The notes beneath the pieces are model-generated. The model had not been told where the DNA came from, did no database searches, and saw only the letters and a program-made list of their open reading frames with translations. Shown here one piece after another: positions 29,642 to 39,788 of a DNA stretch of 64,000 bases (the first letter of the stretch is position 1; the number at the start of each line of letters is the position of its first letter). This stretch comes from Ignavibacteria bacterium (lineage in GTDB: Bacteria > Bacteroidota > Ignavibacteria > Tepidaquicellales > OLB5): NCBI GenBank assembly GCA_030835025.1, contig JAUQWS010000024.1, positions 7,230 to 71,229 on the forward strand, written 5' to 3'. The position numbers and the translations under genes are program-made.

Positions 29642-30916
29642 GTGAAAGTACTGGTAATTGGCTCCGGCGGAAGAGAGCATGCAATTGCGTGGAAGCTCAT
29701 ACAAAGCCCGAAAGTCACTAAGCTGTTCGCAGCACCCGGCAATGCGGGAATAAATCAGATCGCAGAAGAGGTAAAAATAAAAGCTGATGATGTCGAAGGT
29801 CTGCTGAAGTTTGCCTCAGATAATGCAATTGATTTCACCGTTTGCGGTCCCGAAGTTCCGTTAGAGCTTGGCATTGTTGATGAATTCTATAAAAACGGAT
29901 TAAAGATATTCGGTCCCCAAAAAAGCGCTGCAAAGCTTGAGCACAGTAAGATATTTGCCAAGGAATTCATGAAGCAGCATAATATTCCGACAGCGGGATT
30001 TGAAACATTCAGCTCCGGTAAAAAAGAAAAAGCGCTTGCATACATTAAGGGCTCAAAATATCCGTTAGTTATTAAAGCTGACGGACTTGCAGCAGGCAAG
30101 GGAGTGATAATCTGCAGTAATGAAACTGAAGCAATTGCTGCAATTGAAGAAATATTTGGTGATAAAGTATTCGGTTCAGCGGGCGAGAATATAGTTGTTG
30201 AGGATTACCTAACCGGAGCGGAAGCATCGGTCTTTGCAATTTGCGACGGTACAGACTATGTTGTATTGCCTCCGGCACAGGACCACAAGAAAATCGGTGA
30301 AGGCGAGACAGGGAAGAATACAGGGGGAATGGGCAGTTACGCTCCCGCTAATAAAATAGTGACAGAAGCTGTACTCGATAGAACCAAAAAGCGCATAATT
30401 GAGCCTGTTTTAGCTAAAATGAAGAGTGAAGGCAGTGAATTCAGAGGCGTGCTCTATTGCGGTTTGATGATAGACAATAAGGGCGATCCGTATGTAATTG
30501 AGTTCAACACCCGTTTCGGCGATCCAGAAACACAGGTCGTTTTGCCGATGATAGAATCAGACCTGCTTGAATTGTTGATTGCATCTACAGAAGGTAATAT
30601 CAAAGAGCATGAATTAAAAGTCAGCGCAGATGATTATTGCTGTGTTGTGCTTGCTTCGGGAGGATATCCTGATAAGTATGAAACCGGGAAAGTGATAACG
30701 GGATTGGAAAAAGTTACAAAGGATTGTTTATTATTTCATGCGGGCACAAGCCTGAAAGACGGGAAGATAGTTTCTTCAGGCGGCAGAGTTATGAATGTTG
30801 TGGGAAAGTCGGATAAGGGATTAAGAGATGCAATTGATTCTGCTTATGCAAATGCAGAGCTGGTTAATTTTGAAAATAAAGTTTACAGAAAAGATATAGG
30901 ATCAAAAGGTCTATAA
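29642..30916 (+). CDS. purD: Phosphoribosylamine--glycine ligase
   Basis: GSGGREHA, KADGLAAGKGV, QDHK, NTGGMG and EFNTRFGDPETQ. Confidence 0.99.
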   Translation: MKVLVIGSGGREHAIAWKLIQSPKVTKLFAAPGNAGINQIAEEVKIKADDVEGLLKFASDNAIDFTVCGPEVPLELGIVDEFYKNGLKIFGPQKSAAKLEHSKIFAKEFMKQHNIPTAGFETFSSGKKEKALAYIKGSKYPLVIKADGLAAGKGVIICSNETEAIAAIEEIFGDKVFGSAGENIVVEDYLTGAEASVFAICDGTDYVVLPPAQDHKKIGEGETGKNTGGMGSYAPANKIVTEAVLDRTKKRIIEPVLAKMKSEGSEFRGVLYCGLMIDNKGDPYVIEFNTRFGDPETQVVLPMIESDLLELLIASTEGNIKEHELKVSADDYCCVVLASGGYPDKYETGKVITGLEKVTKDCLLFHAGTSLKDGKIVSSGGRVMNVVGKSDKGLRDAIDSAYANAELVNFENKVYRKDIGSKGL

Positions 30917-30937
30917 AAGGAGACTCTTAAAGTAAAA

Positions 30938-31861
30938 ATGAATATTTTAGTAACAGGCGGTGCTGGATTCATAGGTTCTCAGATAGTTGATGCATATATT
31001 GAAAAGGGCCATGATGTTGTGATAATTGATAACATGTCAACAGGAGTCAGGGAGTACATCAATCCGAATGCGAAGTTTTATAAAATGGATATTTGCGATG
31101 AGGGAATATCAGAAGTATTTAAAGAGCATAAGATAGATATTATCAATCATCACGCTGCGCAGATAGATCTCAGGAAGTCAGTTGATGACCCGAAATTCGA
31201 TATTCAGGTAAATGTTACCGGCTCTGTTAACATTTTGCAGAATGCAATAAAGTACAAAGTGAAGAAGGTTATTTTTGCTTCGACCGGGGGAGCTATATAC
31301 GGTGAGCATGATTATTTTCCCGCTGATGAAGAGCATCCTGTAAGGCCGTATGCGCCTTACGGTATAAACAAAATGACTGTTGAGAAGTACCTTTATTTTT
31401 ATAACCATGTGTACGGGCTTAATTACATAGTCTTAAGATATGCAAACGTTTACGGTCCGAGGCAGAACTCAAAAGGCGAGTGCGGTGTGATAGCGATCTT
31501 TGTTGATAAGATAATTTCAGGCGAGCAGCCGCTTATTAATGGAGACGGCAAACAGACAAGAGATTATGTTTACGTTCAGGATGTTGTGAAAGCAAATGTA
31601 CTGGCTGTTGATGCAAAGGGTCCGGCAACATACAACGTTGCCACAACACGCGAGACCGATGTGAACTATATCTTTGACAGGATAAATCACTATGCAGGCA
31701 CAAACTTTGAGGAGAAACACGGTCCTGCAAAGCTGGGTGAGCAGATGCGCTCGGTACTCAGCTTCGAAAAAATAAGCAGTGAGCTGGGCTGGCAGCCTGA
31801 AATGGATATTGAGTCAGGGCTCAAAGCCACCACTGAATATTTCAGGGATCACAAAAAATAA
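30938..31861 (+). CDS. NAD-dependent epimerase/dehydratase (UDP-glucose 4-epimerase-like)
   Basis: TGGAGFIG, STGGAIYG, YGINK (YxxxK) and RYANVYGPRQ. Confidence 0.92.
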   Translation: MNILVTGGAGFIGSQIVDAYIEKGHDVVIIDNMSTGVREYINPNAKFYKMDICDEGISEVFKEHKIDIINHHAAQIDLRKSVDDPKFDIQVNVTGSVNILQNAIKYKVKKVIFASTGGAIYGEHDYFPADEEHPVRPYAPYGINKMTVEKYLYFYNHVYGLNYIVLRYANVYGPRQNSKGECGVIAIFVDKIISGEQPLINGDGKQTRDYVYVQDVVKANVLAVDAKGPATYNVATTRETDVNYIFDRINHYAGTNFEEKHGPAKLGEQMRSVLSFEKISSELGWQPEMDIESGLKATTEYFRDHKK

Positions 31862-31874
31862 TTATTCAAACATA

Positions 31875-32816
31875 TTGCTTAAAGACCTGGCCGGAAAAAT
31901 ACTTGGTTCGCATAAACCTGCAATTGCAAGGGGAATATCTCTTGTAGAAAATGAATCGAAGCAGGCTAATGAACTTCTGAAGATGCTGTATAAAAATACG
32001 GGCAAGGCATATATTATCGGGATAACCGGACCTCCCGGGGCAGGCAAAAGCACATTGACAAACAATCTTACCCGGCTGCTGAGGGAAAAAGGGTTCAAAG
32101 TTGGGATAATCGCTGTTGACCCGACGAGTCCTTTTACAGGCGGCGCGCTGCTTGGCGACAGGATAAGAATGCAGGAAATCGGAATTGACAGCGAGGTCTT
32201 CATCCGCTCAATGGCAACAAGGGGCAGTCTTGGGGGACTTTCGAAAAAAGCAAAAGAAGCCTGCGAGATTCTTGACGCTTCCGGCAAAGACTTTATCATT
32301 ATAGAGACTGTTGGAGTCGGTCAGTCAGAGCTTGATATAGCGCAAACTGCGGACACGACCATAGTAGTTCTTGTTCCTGAATCAGGTGATGCAGTCCAGA
32401 CAATGAAGGCCGGACTTATGGAAATTGGTGATATATTTGTAATTAACAAATCAGATAGAGACGGCTCTGAGGCATTAGGTGTGGCGCTTAGAACAATGCT
32501 GCACCTCAAAATGACCAGAGAAAGTGACCTTGAAGTACCGGTCATAAAAACGGTTGCATCAAAAAATCTCGGCACTGAAGAACTGTACGAAAAGATAGAC
32601 GCACACAAGAAGTATCTTCAGGCAAACGGGAAGTTTGAGAATAAGCGCAAAGAGAATCTGCTTAAACAAATTGCAGAGCTTGTTAATAACAGGCTTGAAA
32701 ACAAGTTCTGGACAAGCGAAAAAAAGAATGTTCTGGAAAGAAAGCTTGGCAAAATTTCAGAAAGAGAGATCACTCCCTACGATTTTGTTGACGATCTGTT
32801 CCAATCGGGAATTTAA
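31875..32816 (+). CDS. meaB: Methylmalonyl-CoA mutase-associated GTPase
   Basis: GPPGAGKST, VDPTSPFTGGALLGDRIRM, ETVGVGQSE and NKSD. Start re-assigned to the in-frame TTG at 31875 to avoid overlap. Confidence 0.93.
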   Translation: MLKDLAGKILGSHKPAIARGISLVENESKQANELLKMLYKNTGKAYIIGITGPPGAGKSTLTNNLTRLLREKGFKVGIIAVDPTSPFTGGALLGDRIRMQEIGIDSEVFIRSMATRGSLGGLSKKAKEACEILDASGKDFIIIETVGVGQSELDIAQTADTTIVVLVPESGDAVQTMKAGLMEIGDIFVINKSDRDGSEALGVALRTMLHLKMTRESDLEVPVIKTVASKNLGTEELYEKIDAHKKYLQANGKFENKRKENLLKQIAELVNNRLENKFWTSEKKNVLERKLGKISEREITPYDFVDDLFQSGI

Positions 32817-32836
32817 TAAATTTAAACATATATAAG

Positions 32837-33982
32837 ATGGATTTTAATCTTACGGATAGCAATAAAGAGATACAAAAGCTGGCGAGAGATTTTGCACAGA
32901 ACAGGATAGTTCCTGAAGTGATGAAGTTTGACGAGACTTCTGAATTTCCGTGGGAGCTTGCCAAAGAGCTTGGTAATATGGGGTTTCTCGGAATTCTGTT
33001 TCCCGAAGAACTGGAAGGCGCAAACCTGACGACTGTTGATTACGCGATAATTGTTGAAGAGATAAGCAAAGCAGATCCTTCGCTTGGATTAACTGTTGCT
33101 TCACATAACGGGTTATGCACTAACCATATTTATATGTTCAGCAATGAGGAGCTTAAGAAGAAATACATTCCCGACCTTGCATCCGGAAGGAAATTAGGCG
33201 CCTGGGGATTGACGGAAAATGTCTCCGGAAGCGATGCCGCAGGAATGCACACAACAGCTGTCAGGAAAGGCGATCATTATATTGTTAACGGGAGCAAAAG
33301 CTTTATTACCCAGGGCGGTGTTGGCGAAACTGCAGTTGTAACGGCATATACAGATAAATCAAAAGGCTCAAAAGGCATTTCAGCTTTTATAGCCGAAAAG
33401 GGATTTGAAGGATTTTCGGTCGGAAAGAAAGAGAACAAGCTTGGAATGCGTTCATCCGATACGTGTGAGCTTATCTTTGATAACTGCAAGATCCCCGCCG
33501 AAAACCTTATAGGCAAAGAAGGTGAAGGATTCAAACAAAGCATGACGATACTTGATGGCGGAAGGATCTCTATCGCTGCGCTTTCAGTTGGCATAGCGCA
33601 GGCGGCGCTTGAACACTCCATAAAGTATGCAAAACAGCGCAAGCAGTTTGGCAAGGCTTTGGCTGAATTCCAGGGTATTCAGTTCAAGATCGCAGATATG
33701 GCAACTGAAGTGGAAGCTGCAAGATTGCTTACCTACAAAGCCGCTAAGATGAAAGATGAAGGAAAGGATTTCAAGTTCGCCGCATCACTGGCGAAATATT
33801 ACGCCAGCGAAATTGCAACAAAAGCAACCGGCGAGGCGATACAGATACATGGCGGATACGGCTTTATTAAGGAATTCCCCGTTGAAAAACTGTACCGTGA
33901 TGTTAAGCTTACAACCATCGGCGAAGGTACAAGCGAAGTTCAGAAGATGATAATGGCAAGGATGCTTGTTGAAATGTATTGA
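32837..33982 (+). CDS. Acyl-CoA dehydrogenase
   Basis: LTENVSGSDA, NGSKSFIT, KLGMRSS, RKQFG, QIHGGYG and IGEGTSEVQ. Confidence 0.96.
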   Translation: MDFNLTDSNKEIQKLARDFAQNRIVPEVMKFDETSEFPWELAKELGNMGFLGILFPEELEGANLTTVDYAIIVEEISKADPSLGLTVASHNGLCTNHIYMFSNEELKKKYIPDLASGRKLGAWGLTENVSGSDAAGMHTTAVRKGDHYIVNGSKSFITQGGVGETAVVTAYTDKSKGSKGISAFIAEKGFEGFSVGKKENKLGMRSSDTCELIFDNCKIPAENLIGKEGEGFKQSMTILDGGRISIAALSVGIAQAALEHSIKYAKQRKQFGKALAEFQGIQFKIADMATEVEAARLLTYKAAKMKDEGKDFKFAASLAKYYASEIATKATGEAIQIHGGYGFIKEFPVEKLYRDVKLTTIGEGTSEVQKMIMARMLVEMY

Positions 33983-33983
33983 C

Positions 33984-34040
33984 GATTGAAGATTCAAGAT
34001 TCAAGATTAAAGATTAAAGATTAAAGATTTGAAGATTGTA
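33984..34040 (+). repeat. Heptamer tandem repeat (GATTNAA) x ~8
   Basis: gattgaa gattcaa gattcaa gattaaa gattaaa gattaaa gatttgaa gattgta, directly after the stop codon. Confidence 0.85.
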
Positions 34041-34050
34041 AAGGCTTATC

Positions 34051-34091
34051 AAAAAAATAAAACCCGTTAAGTAACGCTTGACGGGTTTTTT
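34051..34091. terminator. Bidirectional terminator between the convergent acyl-CoA dehydrogenase and mlaE genes
   Basis: AAAACCCGTTAAG-taacg-CTTGACGGGTTTT with A-rich and T-rich flanks. Confidence 0.85.
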
Positions 34092-34113
34092 AATTTGCAG
34101 GATAAAGAAAGAA

Positions 34114-34887
34114 TTATCCGAATATTGTTGTCCACAAAATGTAATCCAGAACAAGTGTCATGGCTGCGGCAAGCACGAATGCTCGGATAGTTGCATTACC
34201 TACTCCCTGTGCGCCGCCCTGTGCGTTCAGTCCCACGTGACATCCTAAAATTGATGTTGATGCTCCGAAGAATACTGCCTTGATCAGTCCGCCGAAAATG
34301 TCTTTCATTTCAAAAACGCGTTTAGCGCTTGTGAAAAAAACCTGGAAAGATACGTCCTGGAAGAAATAAGCAACTCCAAATGCTCCCAATATTGCAACAA
34401 AGTTTGCAATTATGGTTATCACCGGAAGCATAATGATGCTTGCAATAAACCTTGGCATTACAAGGTATCTTACCGGGTTTATAGCCAGTGATTCAAGTGC
34501 ATCTATCTGTTCGGTAACTTTCATAGTGCCAAGCTCAGCAGCAATTGATGCACCGACTCTTCCCGCAAGTACAATTGCAGTAAGTACAGGTCCAAGCTCA
34601 ATGAAGATTGCTTTTGTTACAGCAGAACCGAGATAGGATAGTGAAATGAATCCCTGAAACTGGTATGCAGCCTGCCACGTGGAAATTGTTCCGGTGAAAA
34701 AACCGATTATTACTACAAGGGGGATTGAACCGACACCAATGTGTTCCATCTGGTCGAGTATCAGTTTTCTGTCTCTGAAAAATCTTGGAAAACTGAGAAT
34801 AATCCCCCATATCAGCATCGAAATTCTGCCGATTTCAAGGAAAAAAAACTCAAATTTGTTTATGAACCAGTCGAAAAGAAGCGTCAT
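34114..34887 (-). CDS. mlaE: MlaE-family ABC transporter permease
   Basis: ELGPVLTAIVLAGRVGASIAAELGTMKVTEQIDAL and GGAQGVG. ATG at 34887 preferred over TTG at 34905. Confidence 0.93.
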   Translation of the reverse strand: MTLLFDWFINKFEFFFLEIGRISMLIWGIILSFPRFFRDRKLILDQMEHIGVGSIPLVVIIGFFTGTISTWQAAYQFQGFISLSYLGSAVTKAIFIELGPVLTAIVLAGRVGASIAAELGTMKVTEQIDALESLAINPVRYLVMPRFIASIIMLPVITIIANFVAILGAFGVAYFFQDVSFQVFFTSAKRVFEMKDIFGGLIKAVFFGASTSILGCHVGLNAQGGAQGVGNATIRAFVLAAAMTLVLDYILWTTIFG

Positions 34888-35081
34888 ATAGCCCGAATAT
34901 GTCAAATATAGTGTAGTATATCAATTCAAATATCATAGCCTTTAGTTTGCACAGTTATCACATCTATCATTTGCTTTTTGTTGTTTTTTTGTTAAAATTG
35001 AATTAAAGCATTGCAAGAATTGAAAATTCTTTTTAGATTAGACAATTAATTCGAGAAGTTTTCAACATTTTAAATCAGAAA

Positions 35082-37916
35082 ATGAAAAAGCTATTCATAC
35101 TGATTCTATGCCCTCTTTGTTTATCATTGCTTAGTTTTAGAGACAATCAGGAGTTTAAGTATAGAAAAATAAATGACCGGGTAATAATGCGAACAACCGA
35201 CGGTGCCAAATACCAGGTGGGCATTATTAACATTAAATTCAGAGCAGAGAACAATTCATACAGTGCTTTCACAACAGGTAAGACATCAATCGATAATATT
35301 CTGAACCAATACGAGGTTTACAGTGTATTTAAGCCATATCCGCTGAAGGAGAATCTCAGTAAGAGACTTCCCGGTGATGAGGATCTGAACAAATTCTTCA
35401 GGATCAAGTACCGCGGAAAAATAGATCCTTCAGAACTGGCAGCAGAGGTTTTTGCTGAGAATAAAGATCTGCTTGAGTGGGCTGAGCCTGAGTTTGTATA
35501 TGAATCAGAATTTATACCTAACGATCCGCAGGTCGGCGCACAATATCACATAGGAAAGATCAATTGTTACCAGGCTTGGGATCTGTCGCAGGGAGATACT
35601 TCAATATACATCGGAATAGTTGACAGCGGCAGTGATCTGGATCATCCGGACCTTGCTGCAAATATCAGGTATAATTATGCTGACCCGGTAAACGGAATAG
35701 ATGATGATGCAAACGGTTTTGTTGATGACTTCAAAGGATGGGATTTTTTCTATTATGATAATGATCCCAACATACTCGGCGGAAGTGATCACGGTTCGCA
35801 TGTTTCAGGATGTGCTTCACAGGTTACCAATAACAATGTCCACGGTTCAGGTTCGGGTTTCAAGACAAAACTGAGGATCACAAAACATGCTCCTGACTAT
35901 CCGGATAATCTGATTTACAATTCAAATGACGGAATAGTTTACCAGTACCAGAACGGTGCAAAAGTCATTAATTGCAGTTTCGGCAGCCCTTCATTCAGCA
36001 GCGCTACACAAAACATTGTTAATAATGCATGGAATGCAGGATCGGTTATTTGCGGTTCTGCCGGAAACGATAATCAGAATGCTCCAAGATATCCCGGTTC
36101 ATATGATAACGTAGTTTCTGTTGCCGCATCTAATTCCGGCGACTTAAGAGCATCTTTCTCAAATTATCATTCTACTGTTGATGTAATAGCACCCGGTGAT
36201 GCTATCTTAAGCACAGTTTGGGATAACAATTATGCAGTTTTCAGCGGAACATCGATGTCGACACCAATTACCTGCGGTGTTATCGGGTTGATAAGAGCCA
36301 AGTATCCTTCATGGACGCCGACTCAGGTTGTTGACAGGCTTAAACTTGGCGTAGATAGTATTTACCATCTTAATCCGGGTTTTATCGGAATGCTGGGTAC
36401 CGGCCGAGTAAATGCATTCAAGTGCGTATCTGATAACCCGATAATCTCGCTTGTTTCCAACTCCGCAAGTGACTCGCTTTACGGAAACAATGACAGGGTT
36501 TTTGATATAAACGAAACTGTCACATTTACGGTTACGTATAAGAATATATGGCTTGGCGGGAATAATATATCTTTGAGACTGATTTCTTCGGATCCTGATA
36601 TAGAGATCGTGCAGGATTCTGTTTACGTAGGGAACCTTGCAGCTTACACTACTTATTCCACAACACCTGCAGCAACTTTCAGAGTTAGAGCGAAAACTAC
36701 ATGTCCATTTGATAAAGTAATTGCATTTTCGTTAAGGACTTCGGTTAATGCTTTCCATGATAACGCAACTACGAATTTCAATGTTACATTCCGCCAGGGC
36801 TGGGCAAATCATACAGTGAACAATATGAAGCTTTCGCTGACCAAAGATGGCGCAGTCGGGAAGAAATCCCAGTCATATGGCAACGGGCTAACAATACCCG
36901 GTTACACGGGAGCTCAGCTGCTTGAAAGCGGATTAATGATAGGTGTAAGCAATACTAAAGTATCGGATGTTTGCAGAAGAGGTACGGCTCCCGCCAATGT
37001 TTCGGATACGGATTTCACCGCACTTAAGTCTTATGAGATGTTCACGCCCGGAACATTTTCAAACCAGGATGGGAAAGGTTATTTCAACGATGACGGAGCA
37101 GGATCGAATAAGATAGGAGTTACAGTGCGCTCGGAAAGTTTTGCATGGACAAGTTCTCCGGATGCGGACTATATAATACTGAGATATACTATCAAGAATA
37201 CCAGCGGAGGCAGCATTTCGAACATGTTTGCTGCAATATATGCATATTATACTCCCAATTCTCAGACAGTGAACAATGTCACTGCCCTTGATACTTTAGG
37301 AAAATTGGGATATACTTATAATTCGGGAACGAGCAATCCATATTTAGGAGTCAGCCTGCTTTCGGGCCAAACTCTTAATTTCAAGGCCATAAACGCAGCT
37401 GAAGTTCTGACCGGATTTACGACTGCGGAAAAATGGAGCGCGATGAGCGGCGGCATTGTAAACGGATCATTGGGCCCGGGACTTAACTGCTTTGTCATTT
37501 CAGCCGGTCCTATGAACCTGAACAATAATGATTCGGTTGTTGTAGGTTATGCAGTTGTAAAAGGAAATGACCTTGCTGAGTTGAAAACGAATTCCAATAC
37601 AGCAAGGAACAGGTTTGGTGTGATCGGAATACAGCAGATATCAAATCTGATTCCTGATAAGTTTGCTTTGTATCAGAATTATCCGAATCCGTTCAATCCA
37701 TCAACCACAATAAGGTTTGATGTTGCTTCATTTGACAGGATAAGCATAAGAGTATACGATCTAATCGGCAGGGAAGTTGCTCATTATAACCGCGAACTTC
37801 AGCCGGGAGAGTACAAATATGATTTTGAAGGCACAAATCTTGCCAGCGGGATTTATTTCTACAGGCTGGAGTCTTCATTTTTCAGTGATGTAAAAAAGAT
37901 GATTTTAATTAAATAA
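35082..37916 (+). CDS. Secreted subtilisin-like S8 peptidase with T9SS type-A-like C-terminal domain
   Basis: Signal peptide and propeptide; triad IVDSG / HGSHVSG / GTSMSTP; oxyanion SAGN; CTD LYQNYPNPFNP...SGIYFY...KKMILIK. Confidence 0.93.
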   Translation: MKKLFILILCPLCLSLLSFRDNQEFKYRKINDRVIMRTTDGAKYQVGIINIKFRAENNSYSAFTTGKTSIDNILNQYEVYSVFKPYPLKENLSKRLPGDEDLNKFFRIKYRGKIDPSELAAEVFAENKDLLEWAEPEFVYESEFIPNDPQVGAQYHIGKINCYQAWDLSQGDTSIYIGIVDSGSDLDHPDLAANIRYNYADPVNGIDDDANGFVDDFKGWDFFYYDNDPNILGGSDHGSHVSGCASQVTNNNVHGSGSGFKTKLRITKHAPDYPDNLIYNSNDGIVYQYQNGAKVINCSFGSPSFSSATQNIVNNAWNAGSVICGSAGNDNQNAPRYPGSYDNVVSVAASNSGDLRASFSNYHSTVDVIAPGDAILSTVWDNNYAVFSGTSMSTPITCGVIGLIRAKYPSWTPTQVVDRLKLGVDSIYHLNPGFIGMLGTGRVNAFKCVSDNPIISLVSNSASDSLYGNNDRVFDINETVTFTVTYKNIWLGGNNISLRLISSDPDIEIVQDSVYVGNLAAYTTYSTTPAATFRVRAKTTCPFDKVIAFSLRTSVNAFHDNATTNFNVTFRQGWANHTVNNMKLSLTKDGAVGKKSQSYGNGLTIPGYTGAQLLESGLMIGVSNTKVSDVCRRGTAPANVSDTDFTALKSYEMFTPGTFSNQDGKGYFNDDGAGSNKIGVTVRSESFAWTSSPDADYIILRYTIKNTSGGSISNMFAAIYAYYTPNSQTVNNVTALDTLGKLGYTYNSGTSNPYLGVSLLSGQTLNFKAINAAEVLTGFTTAEKWSAMSGGIVNGSLGPGLNCFVISAGPMNLNNNDSVVVGYAVVKGNDLAELKTNSNTARNRFGVIGIQQISNLIPDKFALYQNYPNPFNPSTTIRFDVASFDRISIRVYDLIGREVAHYNRELQPGEYKYDFEGTNLASGIYFYRLESSFFSDVKKMILIK

Positions 37917-37947
37917 CAAACATATTTTCAAACTAAATTTCAAAGAA

Positions 37948-39750
37948 ATGAAAACAAAACTCTACATTTCAATTGTTGTGCTTCTTGCTTTGAATATTTC
38001 GATACTGGGAGGGGATCATAAGAGGATCAACAAACTGGAAAGGCAGATGGATGCAAGTACGGTGGTGAAAATGATACCGTACAACATAAGTCCTCAGTCA
38101 TTGGTATTTCTGCCTATCCAGCTTGCCGACGGTTTCGAAACCGACAGTTTGTCAATAGGACCGGAAATAGCAACAAGTATCTCGGGTTTCTATGATTACA
38201 AGACAAACGGCGAATCAAACAAGTACATTCAGGTAAATCCTTCAAACCCGCTTGAAATTCAAATAGTTGATGTACAGGCTGATTCTACCGATCCGGCAGG
38301 TGCAACAACCAGAAGAACAAAGTGGGCGTTTTCAAGTGATGGCGGCGTAACATGGGAGCCAAATATTAATGTTCCTGATATCAGGTCCGGTTTTGGTGTA
38401 CTTGATTTACGTAATGGCGCAGGAGTAATTGCAAATCACAGTACATCTGTTGCAGGTCAGTTAAATAATAATTTATATGTAGATATAGTGCCCTTGGCAG
38501 GTTCTTTCACAGAGTATGGACATCCTTCACCGGCACCGTTCGGAATATGGCCGCAGATAGCAGTCTATAATAACGGTAATGTTGGTATGCTTGGAAGAAG
38601 AAACGTGAGCGGAAACGGACTGGAGACTCTATACTATAGCTTCTGGAATGGAACTACATTGAGCGCATGGTCTCCTGTTTACTTCACAGGTAACACCTGG
38701 CAGGGTACTGTCGGAAGCAATATGAGATTCCATCTTGCAACCAACGGTGCAGGCAGAGTAACTATGATCATTGCTCCTGTTTTGGCTGATGATACTCTGT
38801 TTAACAGCAAGGTTTATGCCAGAACATCTACTGATAATGGTGCTAATTGGGGACCGCTTACAACTATATTCAGACCTTACGGATTAAATGGCGGTGCTGA
38901 TACAGTTGCGGGTGCCGGCGGTTCAGGCTTTACCTACAAGAGAAATTCCAACAGGTGGGTGTATGTAACGCCAATTACCACTGATAATCTATATGAGCAT
39001 GGAAGACTATTAGCTATTCGGGATGACGGTGATACATCAATAATTGCGACAGCGTCTCAAGTAGGTGCTACCACAACTTATAATCAGGCAATGTCATTTG
39101 TATTTAATTTGGATTTCCCGTCTTTAGGGTGGTCTGCTGACGGCAGTACTTTATATTGCGTATACAGCGTGACTATGCCTGATACTTCGCAGGGTTACAA
39201 TCAGCGTGACTTGTTCTGCAGTTATTCACTGGATGAAGGTGCAAACTGGTCCACTCCGTTAAGGCTGACAAATACACCGACAATAGATGAATCCTATCCG
39301 TCTGTTTCGGATTGGAACAAGGGCAGCTCTGGAAATCCGTATGAAGTTAATATAGTTTATATGAAAGACCCCGGTGTTGGACCGACTTCTTTTGGCGGAA
39401 CAGCTCCGGCATCAAGAAATACGCTTGTTTACAGAAAGCTTACAGCAATTAATATAATCGGGATCAACAACAACCAAACTCTGCTCAGGGATTATCACCT
39501 TGCACAGAATTTCCCGAATCCGTTTAACCCAACAACGAAGATTGAATACAACCTGATAAAATCAGGACTTGTAACTCTGAAAGTATTTGATATACTTGGA
39601 AGAGAAGTTGCTACATTAGTTAACGAGGTCCAGACAACCGGTGTTAAAGAAGTAGAATTTAATGCAGCAAATTTGCCCTCAGGGATCTATTTCTATACCA
39701 TTAATACAGGTGGCTTTACAGATACCAAGAAAATGATTCTTGTAAAATAG
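37948..39750 (+). CDS. Secreted Asp-box (BNR) beta-propeller protein with T9SS CTD, paralog 1
   Basis: YDYKTNG; Asp boxes SSDGGVTW, STDNGANW and SLDEGANW; CTD LAQNFPNPFNP...KKMILVK. Confidence 0.85.
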   Translation: MKTKLYISIVVLLALNISILGGDHKRINKLERQMDASTVVKMIPYNISPQSLVFLPIQLADGFETDSLSIGPEIATSISGFYDYKTNGESNKYIQVNPSNPLEIQIVDVQADSTDPAGATTRRTKWAFSSDGGVTWEPNINVPDIRSGFGVLDLRNGAGVIANHSTSVAGQLNNNLYVDIVPLAGSFTEYGHPSPAPFGIWPQIAVYNNGNVGMLGRRNVSGNGLETLYYSFWNGTTLSAWSPVYFTGNTWQGTVGSNMRFHLATNGAGRVTMIIAPVLADDTLFNSKVYARTSTDNGANWGPLTTIFRPYGLNGGADTVAGAGGSGFTYKRNSNRWVYVTPITTDNLYEHGRLLAIRDDGDTSIIATASQVGATTTYNQAMSFVFNLDFPSLGWSADGSTLYCVYSVTMPDTSQGYNQRDLFCSYSLDEGANWSTPLRLTNTPTIDESYPSVSDWNKGSSGNPYEVNIVYMKDPGVGPTSFGGTAPASRNTLVYRKLTAINIIGINNNQTLLRDYHLAQNFPNPFNPTTKIEYNLIKSGLVTLKVFDILGREVATLVNEVQTTGVKEVEFNAANLPSGIYFYTINTGGFTDTKKMILVK

Positions 39751-39788
39751 AGCGAATATTCGTTCTTCAAAATGAAAGGGAAACATAA

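Noticed and set aside
31779-31874. N-terminal extension of meaB, and the similar one for pdxJ at 54524-54571
   Set aside because: Each overlaps the upstream gene; downstream in-frame starts fit the family N-termini.
28971-34040. CRISPR array interpretation of the short repeats
   Set aside because: Units are 7-9 bp with no unique spacers, and there are no cas genes.
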